Source: Podarcis erhardii (taxonomy: Eukaryota). Taken from it: a DNA stretch of 64,000 bases. Below the pieces are notes generated by a model. It searched no databases. It saw only the letters and a list, made by a program, of their open reading frames with translations, and had not been told where the DNA came from. The stretch lies in NCBI GenBank assembly GCA_964252035.1, contig OZ176210.1; one strand, given 5' to 3'. Both the position numbers and the translations under genes were made by a program. The first letter of the stretch is position 1; each line of letters begins with the position of its first letter. Shown here in pieces: positions 13,467-26,215 of this stretch.

Positions 13467-14082
13467 CAGTTGTGCTTTATGCTTCTGGCCCAGTGTGAGC
13501 CACAAAAGTGGTGTGTCTGATGCAAATAGAAAGCTGTTGATGGGGGAGGGGGAATACACTGGGGTGGCCTGATCTTTTTCCTACCTTAAATTTATTCTGC
13601 CTTCCCAGCTTTCATTGTGGCATTTGGTTGAATCTAGAGCATAAAACCAATTTACTTTGGCTCCTAGCACACATTGTTTCCCATAATCATCAGTCCTTTG
13701 TAAGGTGCAAAGAGAAGCTAATCTTTTTACTTTCAATATTGTTTCTCCTTTGGGACCATTTTTATTGGATTTTATTTTCAGTATATTGCAAGCTTTCATC
13801 CTCTTTGATGGTAGGTCAGTGATGATGTATAATTTTATGTGAAAAGTTCAGTGTATTTGGTTCCTTTTAGAAAGAATTTCTTTTTCTTCCTTTTTTTGCT
13901 GAGAGCTGCTCTGGCTTCAGGGGTGGAGAAGGAAGTCCATATAAGAACCCTGCAGTATTCTCCTGTCTAAAGGGTAACACACATTATATTCAGCTTACAT
14001 TGTGCATATCTGAATTTCACTGTAGATAATCAGGACCGAGGAAACTTGGGTCTTAATTTCCTCTTACTAGTGAGCCTCGAGA

Positions 14083-14420
14083 GGGACACGGTTGGCGCTG
14101 TGGTCTAAACCACTGAGCCCTTGGGCTTGCCGATCAGAAGGTTGGCGGTTTGAATCCCTGAAACAGGGTGAGCTCCCGTTGTTTGGTCCCAGCTCCTGCC
14201 AACCTAGCATTTTGAAAGCACGTCAAAGTGTAAGTAGATAAATAGGTACCGCTCCGGCGGGCATTTCCGTGTGCTGCTCTGGTTCGCCAGAAGCGGCTTA
14301 GTCATGCTGGCCACATGACCCGGAAGCTGTCTGCGGACAAAGACAAAGCCTATAGAGCGAGATGAACATGCAACCCTCGAGTCGTCCGTGACTGGACCTA
14401 ACCATCAGGGGTACCTTTAC
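14083..14420 (+). mobile_element. Sauria SINE, full length
   Basis: gggacacggttggcgctgtggtctaaacc head and acctttac tail. Flanked by ctagtgagc at 14067-14075 and 14421-14429 (probable TSD). Confidence 0.9.
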
Positions 14421-17400
14421 CTAGTGAGCTCTGAAATGTCAATAATAGACACATAGCTTCCTCTCTCCCTGACTTCTTGGAAAATCGGAGGAGGATGTGT
14501 AGAAGTCTGCCCCAGGAGTGGGTTGGGGAAGAACTTTCTCTCACATTGCTTTCAGTAGTTGGGTGCAGGGAATGAGGTGAGCTGCTGCCTGTAAAACACC
14601 AGAATAATGAACTGTGAAGGTGACTTCATTCATCTCTTGGAATTTAGAAAGAAAAAGCAGTGCCTGTTTTCTAGGCAGTTGCTGTTGTGGTTTCTGTTTT
14701 GAAGCTGCATCCCTTGCTGTGGAGTTGTCAACCCTGGTGTTCGTTGGACATTGAGGTGGCTCTGTAATGACAGTTGCTCTGAAGATCTTCAGACTTTTAT
14801 TATGCTTCGTGGATTTACAGTGTAACCCTATGCATGTTACATTGAAGACTGGAACTTACTCTCAAATAAATGTTCATGTGTTTGCGGCCTTAGATTTCTT
14901 TTCAAAATAATAAGTGTCAATATTTAAGATAGAAATTCTTTAGCGAAACTCTAACTGTTGGATTAGCAGCCTCATATAACCAACATGCTTACAGCTAATG
15001 CAAGAAGGGGTTAAGACCATAGAGTAAGCTGTGCTGCCAGGACATTCTACCTCACCTTGAGAAGGATGGTTATTAAGCCTTTGTTCTTCTCATTCCACCA
15101 TGTGAACTCTACCAATAAGGAGGTCTTAAGATGGTCACTCCAAACTAAGATCCCATGGCTTAAGCAAGCTATCCTTGTGTTTCTATACAAATAATTTTGA
15201 AACATTTATCACTTTTGGAACATGTGTTTTACTGACTATGCGTTCTTAACTGCTGTATGGAAAAGCACATAAATCTGACCTTGGTTTGTAAGTAAACCAA
15301 TTTTAACTTACCAATGTATGGTCTCTTTCTATGTTAAGGGAAGAGGGGAACTTTGGAAGCAACTTAGAGGGGGATATTTTAAAGGTTAAACAGCCTATAT
15401 TTTTGCATTTGACTTTGCTGCATGTTTGTGATTTTAAATCTCTGCTTGGGTTCTCTCACAAAAGAGCACTTGTCCCAAACCTGAATCTTGCCATCCATAT
15501 AATTCACCTATCTATACTTGGTTTTTATCTTTAACCAAGCAAACACCAGCACTAACTAAGACAGTAGAAGCCTTAGCCTTCTTTGCGGTGCCCCATGCTG
15601 GGGGGATGTAACAAACAAGTCAGAGGCTCAAGTTGTTATCCAGTCCAGCCACTCCTGGGTGTCAGGATGAGATTCTCACAGTATATGCAGTAAATATATT
15701 GTCCATGTTTTCTGACACTTGGTTTATAATTACTTGATTATAAAAACATAGGTTTTTCACACTGCAGATAACCTTATTTTAGGAGTGGTCTCTTTTTGGT
15801 ACTGCCATCCTTCTGAACACTGACTTCTAACTGCAATATAGGTATTTGCCTCCCCAAGGAAATTAGTCTAGCCAGATGCTACTGCAGATACTCTGTCTCC
15901 CTGCCCCCATCCTGTGTATCAGTGAGTTGCACTTGAGATCTTATCTTCTGCTTGTTTAGCAATTTCCACTTTAGCAATTTGCACTTCAAGCTCCTTATCC
16001 ATTTTCTTGGATTGAGACCAACAAGGAAAGCATATGGTATTATTTTCAATAGGAAAAAAAAACAACCCCAGCCACTTTCCATATATAGATCAAAAGAAAT
16101 ACTGCATGCCTTTTTAACTGAATTACATATGAGAGAGTTAGTTACAGTTATGGCTTTGCCGCTCACATTTGCAGCAGTAGAATTACTGGGCGAATGTACC
16201 TTTGACAGTGTAAGATGTTCATGTACAGGTAGATCTATAATAATTACTTTGGCTGCTGAGTGCAGCAAGATGTACTGAATTCCTGGACTAGTGATTCATG
16301 GTAATTTGTTTGGTGCTTTTTGGAAAGAAACTCAGGTGCAATCATTTAGAAGACAAGCCAAGAAAAGTAAATATATACATATAGATATATACATGTGTGC
16401 TAATTTATCTCTGCTTTCTTCTTCAGTGATTCCATTTTATGGGGTTGTGACGGAGCATTCTTAAAACACATACCATTCTTTAGCAGATGCTGCATATCTT
16501 GCTGATTTAATCTGCACTGGATTTGTTTTAAATGAAGAGTGGCATATAAACTATCAAAAATGTGTTGAGGGGGGAAGCCTTGGCTTGGGGAAGCTTTTGG
16601 AACTGACATGTATTCTGAAAATGGTGTGTTGGTACTATTGACAAGATGTTCAGAAGCCAACCTTCTGCTTTCTTAAAAATAAAAATTTTAAGCTGCTTAG
16701 AGACATAGGTACACAAGGGCTATCCATTCTTTCCCCATAAAATTGTGCTTGATACTTGAAGAGGGCGTATGCTGGTACTGATGCATTACAAGTAATACCT
16801 AGTTTGCTTTTAGTTAGCCAATCCCTCTCTTAAAACTGGTTTATCAGTCACTTGGCTGACTCATTTTTGTACAGGGTATTTTACTGCTTATATAGAGCCA
16901 CTATTCAAAAAGGCCTTCAACAACATTACATGTCTGGATTTCAGAGGCTTTCTAAATCAGAAATACACAGTCAGCAGTTTATTAATAGGCTTGCTATGTG
17001 TCAAGAACAATGTTCATTGAGAATACAAATGTCAGTGGTACCAGCAACCTGTGGTCTATTTTTATTTATAGGTGAAATGTTAGCAGCAAGTGAGTTAACT
17101 CTGCAGTAGCTGGTCCAGTGAAAAGTGTATGTAAAGTCGCTGAATTTATTCAGTGTTGAAGAGACGAGAGGGTCAGCAGGAGTTGGTTTAGGCTGCTCAG
17201 CCTCCCTCTTGCTCAACCTCCCCACATAACAGCTGACTTGTGGGTAGCGCAGCTGCCACAGCCGCTTTCCTGTATGTCCTCCGGCCTGCAGTTGGCCCCG
17301 GAGCTTCAACTCTGGATATTTTGGTCTGCATTGGAGAGAGCGCAGGGGAGATAGCTGAAGAGCAGGTAAAACCAGGTGTTTAGAGGCTATTCACAACTTA

Positions 17401-20400
17401 CACAAATTTTGCGTGTGCACACGGGGCCTGGAATGTAAGCCCCACGTAACTGGGGAGTCACCTGTATTGATAGGATTTGCCTTAGGGAACCATAATATTA
17501 TCAGACAAGCTCTTGAGTATCTGTGTCGCTACTATATTAACCTTCTCTGCTTTATTCTAGCCTTCATTTAGGGATAGAAATTGCCTCTTTGAAGAACTAA
17601 GAAACTGCTGATTGTAGATAAAATCTCTCAATCCTTGCTCCTACATATGTGCTATACACACATGTTCTGCAGGCCATGGGATCAGTGTTCATGTATAGGA
17701 AAGGGTTCAGTGCATTCGGAGGTTATCTCCCCTTATAAGAACACTGCTATTGCTAATTCCAAACAAGCAGTGCAATTTAAAAGGAAAAAGAAAAAACTTG
17801 GAGTGAACTTGCTTGGGGTGTGTGAGAAAACCTTGGGTGAGAAGGGGTCAGAAATAAAATAAAATTCTGCCACAAAGCACAAGATCTGAAAGATTTTCTT
17901 TAAATGAAACAGGCAGGCTAAAGACTGTCTCCCACTCTATTACAGGTTTGCTCAGTTGGAACAGATTTACAGGGGACCCAATGATTCTTCACAGTACAAC
18001 TCTTAATAGTGCTCTGCATCGAATTCTACACAGGAGACCCTGGGGCTTTTTTTACTTTGAAATTTGTCTTCACAGCTGAATAAATAGCTATAGAGGTGGC
18101 AATTGTATTGTACCAGCCCAGCACTGCAGGGTGTGTTTTCTTGTGAAAGAGAGCAAATGCAGTTAGTATAACTGCAATGTTTCAGTATTTATGTGTGTCT
18201 GTATTTGCAAGGAATATATTTTGGGAATAGAATTTCAATGGGGGGGGGGGATACAAAGGGAAGCTAACAGTTGGCCCTTAACCAAACTAAATCCCAAGGT
18301 GCCCTCTGTAGTTGACTAGCCATATGGCAGTTTGCTTTCGCAACTGCAGAAGCTGTCAAGCAGCCTACACATAACATACACATGGAATTGCAGTGAAGAT
18401 GACAAATGAGGGACTTGTTCCCGTCATGTTTGTGCCTTTGCCACAGGAAAGTTTAAAAGAAATAAAAGTGCTATCTTCTCACGTTTAGTCTCCTAAAATA
18501 CAAAGTCTGCTGAATAAATTCTGTTTCCAGTGCTGGAGCTTAAGGCAGTGCAAAAATACACTTTATGGGCCTTTCAATGCCACATTAGATCCCTGGATAT
18601 AGAGAGAGCATAAGGAATACAATGAGTAGGGGAAACACAGTGGTGTGTTCTAAGTTACTGTGTGTCTGGTGCTGTTTTGTTTTGAATATGAATTATGCAA
18701 TTGAAGTAAACAGCCTCTCCTGCCCCTCCACCTCTTCTGCCACAAATCTTTCCTGCATTTTTGTGTTAGTGTGCAGCTAGCTACGCTTCTAGGGATGCTG
18801 TGTCAGAAGGGAAATAGGGGAGACTTGAGGAGCTTCCAGATGGCCCAATCTGCCAGTTATATTGACTCATGTTCCAGTTTTCAAGTGAGGAGGGGGAGCA
18901 GAGTGTACGGAAGCACATCACCCTCCCCTTCTTCTACTGAGCTAATTAGAGGTTTATAACAAGTGCCCGGATTAAGGCAGGGAAAATAGGGGGAACTTAT
19001 CAAAAGGAGCTTCCCTGAGTAGAGCTTCACCACTTCCTTCTTTCCCAAACTCATGGAGAGCTGTAAATGGGATAAAGGAGATGGGGTTTGGCATCTTTTC
19101 CTTGACCCCCTCGTACGTTTACATGTAATTAAATGAATACCTAAACAGAGCTCTGCAAAGGCTCTTGTCAGTTTCAAGTCAGATATTTAGTTGGGACAAG
19201 GGACAGGGCCTTCTCCATGGCCACACCCAAACTTTGCAACTTCATGTCTAAGGAGGTTCCTCTTACCATCTCCTTGTTGGCCTTTTACCGCAGTCTCAAG
19301 ACTTTCACATTTAATACTTTATTGGTCCTTTAGAGACTACTATAATTATGCAGTCTTTTTAGGACTTTCATTTTCGTTTTTCACTCCAGCTTATTATTAT
19401 TATTAGTTAAACTTCTGGCTTTTATCTGTCTTTCCCAGTATATTGCTGCTTTCAGCTCTCAACACATTGCTGCCATTGTGAAATAAAGCATCGTTCCTCC
19501 TGACCTCCATATCTCTTTTGATTGTTCTATTTATATTGCCCATATCGCTGTTCTGACTACAGAAGGAAGCATCAAAATTATGAATTTAAAGTGTTTCCCC
19601 CTGCTATCGATATATGAATTTAAATTTCCTAGTCCGGGGATTCTCTGTTTTCAGCGGCTGTAATAAATAAATAAGAAAGTTGCTCAATGGGAGCAATTGG
19701 ACTGTAATCTAAAAAGAAGTTTTGTGCATTTGCAAAGCAAGAAACTCTGTGCACAATTGGTTTGGACTGTTTCTGCTGTAGCAGTTCCTGTTGCTGAAAA
19801 GACAAAACCACATTGTGAAAATTACTGTGGCAGAGGAAGCTGCGTTCGCATGCCTTCACTTCTCCTTTTTTACGTATGCATATTGCTATTGTTGTGTTTC
19901 ACATCTGTAATCTTGTTCCTTCTGTGATCATCTTTTCTGCGATATCTTATTGTTCCCGTTAAGATATTTGAATGTGACTGTTGCATTCTAAAGGCATTGA
20001 CACTAATCTTTCCAAACACTGATGCTGGAACTTTGCCCTCAACTTTTAGCCTTTGCTATTTCCATTCTGTTCTCAGTGTTTATTTACTGCTGAAGTCCTA
20101 GATGCTGTGTGGAAGTGTAGAACATGCATGCTCTGGTAAGTGGGTCATCCTTTCTTAGTAGTTGCACTAAGCTTTAATAATTCACACTCTTAATGGCATT
20201 TGCTCCTCTCTCTAATAACATTAAGTGGATTACTGAAAGTGTGTGTTAAGCGTCAACACAAACGTTAACTGGAAGAGTATGTATGAATTAGAATAAAAAT
20301 GAATATGATTTTTGTGGGGTATTCAACTATAAAAGAAACCATGGCAGCAGTGCTGCTTGTTTTGATAGCTCTCCTCTAAAATAACATCTTATATTAATGT

Positions 20401-22906
20401 AGGCAATGACAGTAACCAACCTAACAATATCTAAGTGTGAGAAATTTGTTATCTGTCAACACTGGTGCATACTGACCTCCTGAACTAATTTGTGAACCAA
20501 AACACCATTATCGTTCAGATTTCTTACTTCTTCAATTTTTGTTATACTATTCTTGGCTAAAAAATGTGGGAAAATGCACAATATATATTTTAGGTCAAGA
20601 TATTTTTTAAATGATTACAATGAGAGAAAATATGTGTTTTATTATAAAATGCTATTTAAAATTGCTTAAATAATGTTTCTGTTAAAAAAACCCTCAGATT
20701 TAATTTAGAGACAGGAACAAGGCAACCAAATTATAAATGAAACTTACAAATGAACATGCAAAATTGATATAGGCGGGAAATAGTCTGATCCGTTCACTCC
20801 TAGTGAAATGCTTGGGACCTCCTTTTAATGCTGGGTGTCCAGGTCTTGGTTCCGTCCTGTTAAGCTCTTTACTTTCCAAAACTCTGGCAATTTTCAACAG
20901 AAAAAAGCCTCAGTGTTTTTCACTCAAATATTGAGTGCGGCTATGTTTCTGAACTTTTGTAGTGAACTTACCCTGTGTCTTATGTCACAATAATGAAAAG
21001 TACACACAAAGTCACAGAGAGGGTAAGGTATCCCTTGTGGATTTAAAAATGAAAAACAAGCAAACTTGGATGCCTCATTGCACAAAATCCCTCTACTTAC
21101 TTGCCTATAATTTGGCAGCTCTCATCCCTTCAGAAGGGGTTACTACTGGTTGTTGTTGTTGTTGTTGACATCTAGCAAACAACAAATAAACAAGACATAT
21201 AAATAAAACATTTTAAACACAAGAACATTTGAAAATTGTCACGTTAGTAATTGTCACAGCTAATAATTTCAAGGCTACCAGGAACAGTATATTACAGCCA
21301 TTGAATGCCTGGGTGAACATGAATGTTTTTAAAATTCCTCCTGAATGCTGTTAATGGCATAATAAAAATGTCATCCCATCCTGCAAAAAAAAAAGGGGGG
21401 GGGGGAGTTATGTGATTTTCAGATTACAGACAATGGAGAAGGCCTCTGAAATCAATTGAGTTGTGTGTGTTCCCTCCTGTGCACACTCATTCTTTGGGAT
21501 ATGGTTCTCTATAAACTAATATAAATTACAGAATGCAAACATTAAATGAACTGTTAAGAGTTCCAAACTCTGAGTGCTTAAAAGGGTTATCTACCAGTAT
21601 TAAGGGTGAATTAGCCTCTCAAGGCTGTATAATTGGCCTGAATCTTTATTCATCACCCGCCTTGAACTGCAACTACTTACCTATTGGTCAGATAGGAATC
21701 TATCTCCAGATTCTTGTCTCAGAGATACTTGTGGTTCTTGTGGTTGCATAGACTCCAACAAAATGTCTTCTCAAATTGTCTTTCTGCTTTAAAGTTCCAA
21801 TACTTTGCTACTTCAGAGTGAGTCCCAAATATCTGGATACTGTTTTTATCTTCCTCTGGTAGGTGCATGATGTGAAGGGCAGCAGATGAAATTAGGCCAA
21901 AGCTTCATTGACTGGCAGCCGGCAAGATAGGGGTTGGCATGGCTGTAGGGCCAGGATCAGTTCATCATTCAACTACCCAATGCTGGTGGAATAGAATTCA
22001 CTGGGTTGGACTGAGACAAACCCATTCCATGGGAATCAGCCCATGCTGAACCTTGTTGTGGTGCAAGTCAAGCTGGCAAGGTCTTACTGGGCGACTGGGA
22101 TGAGAATTTCAGCCAGGCAGAGACCCCAACCCGAGCTTGGGGGTTCCATGGCCAATTCTCCCTCAGGCTCCTTAAGTGCTCCCCTTTTACTATGTTGATC
22201 CAGCCCAATGCCATTTTTGCCCCCCCAAAAGTCTTCCACCTAACAAAGAAATCCATAATTTTTACTGAGGGAAAGGTGGGGAAAAAACCCAATCACGGGC
22301 CAGTCTGGTTGAGAGAGAAAAATAATTTCTGGCCCTGTCAACCAGCTACCCAAATTGCACAGTGAAGGGTCTAACTCGAGGGTGGGCAGGTGGGAATCCC
22401 GTGGGGCAAAATGTCCCTGAACTCCAGAATGGGGAAGTCTTATAAAGGCTTCTACCTCCTCTGTCTCCTTTTGCACCCATAGTATTCTCCTGCAGGCCCA
22501 AGCAGAGATCATGGTATAGGCAAATCTGTTCCTGTTTGCTTCTCATTGGCCCACACACCACTGGGCAGAGCGGGACCAGGACCTAATTAGGCCTGGAATG
22601 AGGCTCCTTGAGGCCCATCCTGCTGAGTATTCCAGTTTTGTGTGGCATCCACGAAATATGAATTTTTTATGTCAGATTGGATTTATTATTAAAGCGTACT
22701 TAAGTAATGACAATGGATTTCTGCAGGATAAAGGTGCATGCCAGTACTGGCACGGGATGTTTTAATTTTTTAAAAAATGTTTTAATGCTGTAACCTGCCC
22801 TGGGACCTTACAGTAAAGGGTGGGTAATAAATAAAAATAAAAATAATACTGAGTTCAGTTGTCATGGCCATTCAGTAAATTACAATGTGTGTGTGTGTTT
22901 AATTGC

Positions 22907-23075
22907 ATTTATAGCCCATCTTTCCTCTAAAGAGCCTGAGGTGTTGCACATAGCCCCCCCCCCTTTTATCCTCACAACAACCCTGTGAAGTAGGTTAGGC
23001 TGAGAATGAGTGACTGGCCCAAGATCACCCAGTGAGCTTCATGGCTGAATGGGGGATTTGAACCCTGGTCTCCCA
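22907..23075 (-). mobile_element. MIR/Ther1-type CORE SINE fragment
   Basis: atcctcacaacaaccctgtgaagtagg...ggcccaagatcacccag...ggatttgaaccctggtctccc is the typical reverse-strand CORE-SINE pattern. Confidence 0.65.
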
Positions 23076-24589
23076 GCTGTCTTTGCTTTATCTTGATGCA
23101 ATTTGCACCTGATTCCTTAACAGTTGTAATATCCTGACCTACAGGCTTAAGTGTAGTCTTCACATGCTTTATTGTGATATGCTCTGATTTATTAATGGGT
23201 TTTGAAGAAATGCATTTTAAAAAATCATTCACTCTTTTAAAAAAGTTAGTTAAGCCCTTAAGAGATTTTCATACTTAGATATTTTGTGCATGCTTAATAG
23301 AACAGTAAGTCCTCTAATTTAAGAACAGATATTAATTTAAACACTGATGGATGTCTTGTTGGCAAACTGTTAATCATACTTAGTTGTCCTCAGCTGCAAA
23401 TCACCATGCTATTCTTATTCAGTTAACTTCAGCATTTGTTTTCCTTTCAGTAGATTCTATTTTTAACAAAGAAAACAATACTACTGAGTAAAGAAAACAA
23501 TTTTGAGTTTTGTATTTTGCAGTTGTCACAAATGAACAAATTGCTTAGAAACTTTGTATATAGTTAATCCATCACGAACATTCTGTGATTACACAAAGTA
23601 ATTAGTCATCTTCTAAAATAACCCACGGCTGGAAACTCATGAATTTAGTAGCATGTCATTTGAATGTCTTTGGTCACAGTTCTGAAACTTAATATTTTGA
23701 TTAGTCATTTGCAGCAAATACATAAATTTGAGATGCAGACATTAAGAAAGGCCAAGCAAACTAGGTTAAAGATGGCCAGTCCACTAATGGTAAAACTAGA
23801 CATGCTTTGAGAGCCTCCCTTGAATATAAAATGGAAGATAGGTATTCTGAATAAATAATAACATAATTAGTAATTGTGTGAATAGCTTTTAAAAAGAAAA
23901 TAAAAAGTATAATTATCAGGACAGATAGTAACTTTGGTTAGTACTAAATTCAATGTGGAAGGGACCTGAATTTCCTGAAATAGTTCGCCTATCTACAAAG
24001 TGATTTTCCTCCATTCATTGTGAATTCTACATTGTATTCCCTCTGGAGCCAAGCAAATTGTAACCTTGCATTATGATGATAGTCTATCCCTGGATATTTT
24101 AAATTGGAGGGCAGAAAACCGAAAGCAGGTCAATCAAATGGGGACCCGCAATCACATGTTGCAGAATATTTTGTTGATGACTACTGCCCATTCCTGTTGG
24201 TGAAAAATGAAGCATTATACTGGGGAGACAACAAATGGTGAGAAGTAAACCTATTCACCATTGGAGATGCTGAGTGGCCTTGGCACCACTAGCAGAAACT
24301 TGACTGGTTGCTGGAGGTGGTGGCTATCTCTTCTTCCAGTATTGAAAATCTCTCAGAGGACCAGTGTTCCCTCTTACCTTAATGTCCAAGCAGGAGCCAA
24401 GTTTTGGCAGGATGAGGGTGGGATTTGAGGGGCAATAAAAAGCACCGAAGACTAGATTGTACAAAGGTGAGGTGCAAGTATTGTACCGTTTGTAAAATTG
24501 CAATTGTACAAATAGCTTCAACAAATAGAGTTTATGGTGGGGGGAAAAATTCTGAGCTTCTGTGGTCTATGCACTGGTAACCTCCTAGT

Positions 24590-24960
24590 TCGATGACTGC
24601 AATGCACTGTACATGGGCTGCCTTTGAGAATAGGCCAGAAACTTCAGCTGATGCAGAATATGGCAGCTAAGCTGTTAACAGGAACTGTACGCTCTGATTG
24701 CATTATGCTATTCCCTGCCCATCTGCATTGGCTGCTGATTCTCTTCTGGGCCCAATTCAATGTGCTATATGAACCTTATAAAGCTTGCCTAACCTGAGGC
24801 CCAAGTGCCTGGGAGAACATCTTTCTCAGGTTGCTGTAAGAGACTCTCCTCCACCTGCCAGTGCCTTCTGAGGTGTGAAAGCAGGCAACAGGAGAGAAAG
24901 CCTTCTCAGTGATGCCCCCCCATCTGTGTAATATTCTCTCCAAAGAAACTTGTCTTGGTG
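24590..24960 (+). mobile_element. Old L2-clade ORF2 3' fragment
   Basis: gactgcaatgcactgtacatgggctgcc...aaacttcagctgatgcagaatatggcagc...catctgcattggctg (DCNALYMG / KLQLMQN / LHWL-like motifs), degenerate. Confidence 0.65.
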
Positions 24961-25133
24961 CTCATCTAATGTCATTTCAGTGTCAGCAAAGACTTTCCTC
25001 ATTTCTCTTAAGAAGTGCTTTGGAACATTATTTTTTAAAAAGAAATTATTGCATAGAATGTTATGTTGTACTGATCAGCTATTTGGTTATGCTGTTCTGT
25101 TAGGTTCTGTAATAAGTTGTACATTACCTAGAG

Positions 25134-25380
25134 TGTTAAGTTGTGGGTGAACATATCAGACGACACAGCGATTCTTCAAACAGCTCTTGTTTATTCACAG
25201 GCCAGGACAGAACTGAACTGAAGGGTTCAGTCAGCCTGCTTATATAGAGCTGCAGTACAATGTAACTGTAACAATTTTCTAAAACTATCCAATCACTGAA
25301 CGTCACTTTCGATCCCTTATTTGCATAACTATCTACAGTATCCCCCTGCTGGCCCAGGGTGAGAACTTCAGTACATAACA
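25134..25380 (-). mobile_element. Solo LTR, 247 bp
   Basis: TGTTA...TAACA termini. 5-bp TSD TAGAG at 25129-25133 and 25381-25385. On the minus strand the order is octamer, CRE-like site, CCAAT box, TATATAA, AATAAA. Confidence 0.88.
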
Positions 25381-25487
25381 TAGAGGCTGTAGCTATAGGT
25401 AACTTCTAAATTTGTTAAAAAGTAACTTTAGGTTCCCTTATCAAAGTACATGTATACTGTGTGTACATTGTGAGACAAAGTCCTATA

Positions 25488-25794
25488 CAGTGGTGCCTCG
25501 CAAGACGAAATTAATTCGTTCCGCGAGTCTCTTCGTCTTGCGGTTTTTTCGTCTTGCGAAGCACCCCTATTAGCGGCTTAGCGGCTTAGCGCTGTTAGCG
25601 GCTGGCTAAGCGGCTATTAGCGGCTAAGCGGCTATTAGCGGCTTAGCGGCTTAGAAAAAGGGGGGGAGGGAAAAAACTCGCAAGATGTTTTCGTCTTGCG
25701 AAGCAAGCCCATAGGGAAATTCGTCTTGTGAAGCGCCTCGAAAAACGGAAAACCCTTTCGTCTAGCGAGTTTTTCGTCTTGCGGGGCACCACTG
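25488..25794. mobile_element. Tc1/mariner-type MITE with internal minisatellite
   Basis: 23-bp TIR CAGTGGTGCC(T/C)CGCAAGACGAAA and TA TSD on both sides. Internal TAGCGGCT tandem units. Confidence 0.88.
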
Positions 25795-25964
25795 TATTCT
25801 GATGTACCCTCGGTGTCTGGGATTTGGAATCCCTACTCAGGAAGCAGAATTTTGGGTTTTGTCTCCAATACACTTTGCCAGTTTGATCCTATTTTTACCA
25901 TAGGCTAGCTGGTCTAAACTGACTAGACTTTTTCTTCAAATGGAAGTTCTAAACCACTCTAAGA

Positions 25965-26215
25965 CATGGTTAGGCAAACTAAGGCCCAGGGGCTGGATGT
26001 GGCCCAGTAGCCTCTAAATCCGGCCCGTGGATGGTCTGGGAATCAGTGTGTTTTTACATGAGTAGAATCTGTGCTCTTATTTAAAATGTATCTGTGGGTT
26101 ATTTATGGGGCATAGGAATTCGTTCATATTTTTCCCCCAAAATATAGTCTGGCCTCCCCACAAGGTCTGAGGGACAGTGGACCGGCCCCCTGCTGAAAAA
26201 GTTTGCTGACCCCTG
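25965..26215. mobile_element. hAT MITE
   Basis: catggttaggcaaac ... gtttgctgacccctg imperfect TIRs. 8-bp TSD ctctaaga at 25957-25964 and 26216-26223. Confidence 0.85.

Noticed and set aside
20120-20141. Strong donor CTG|gtaagt preceded by ATG CAT GCT CTG
   Set aside because: Only a 4-codon ORF with no homology. A single consensus donor is expected by chance in an intron of this size.
21870-22630. GC-richer block that might be an LTR or other element
   Set aside because: I could not find terminal repeats, a TSD or coding motifs. Left unclassified.
25567-25655. Short regularly repeated arrays (also 30065-30134 and 33870-33930) as CRISPR-like
   Set aside because: These are tandem units without unique spacers, inside eukaryotic MITEs, with no cas genes.
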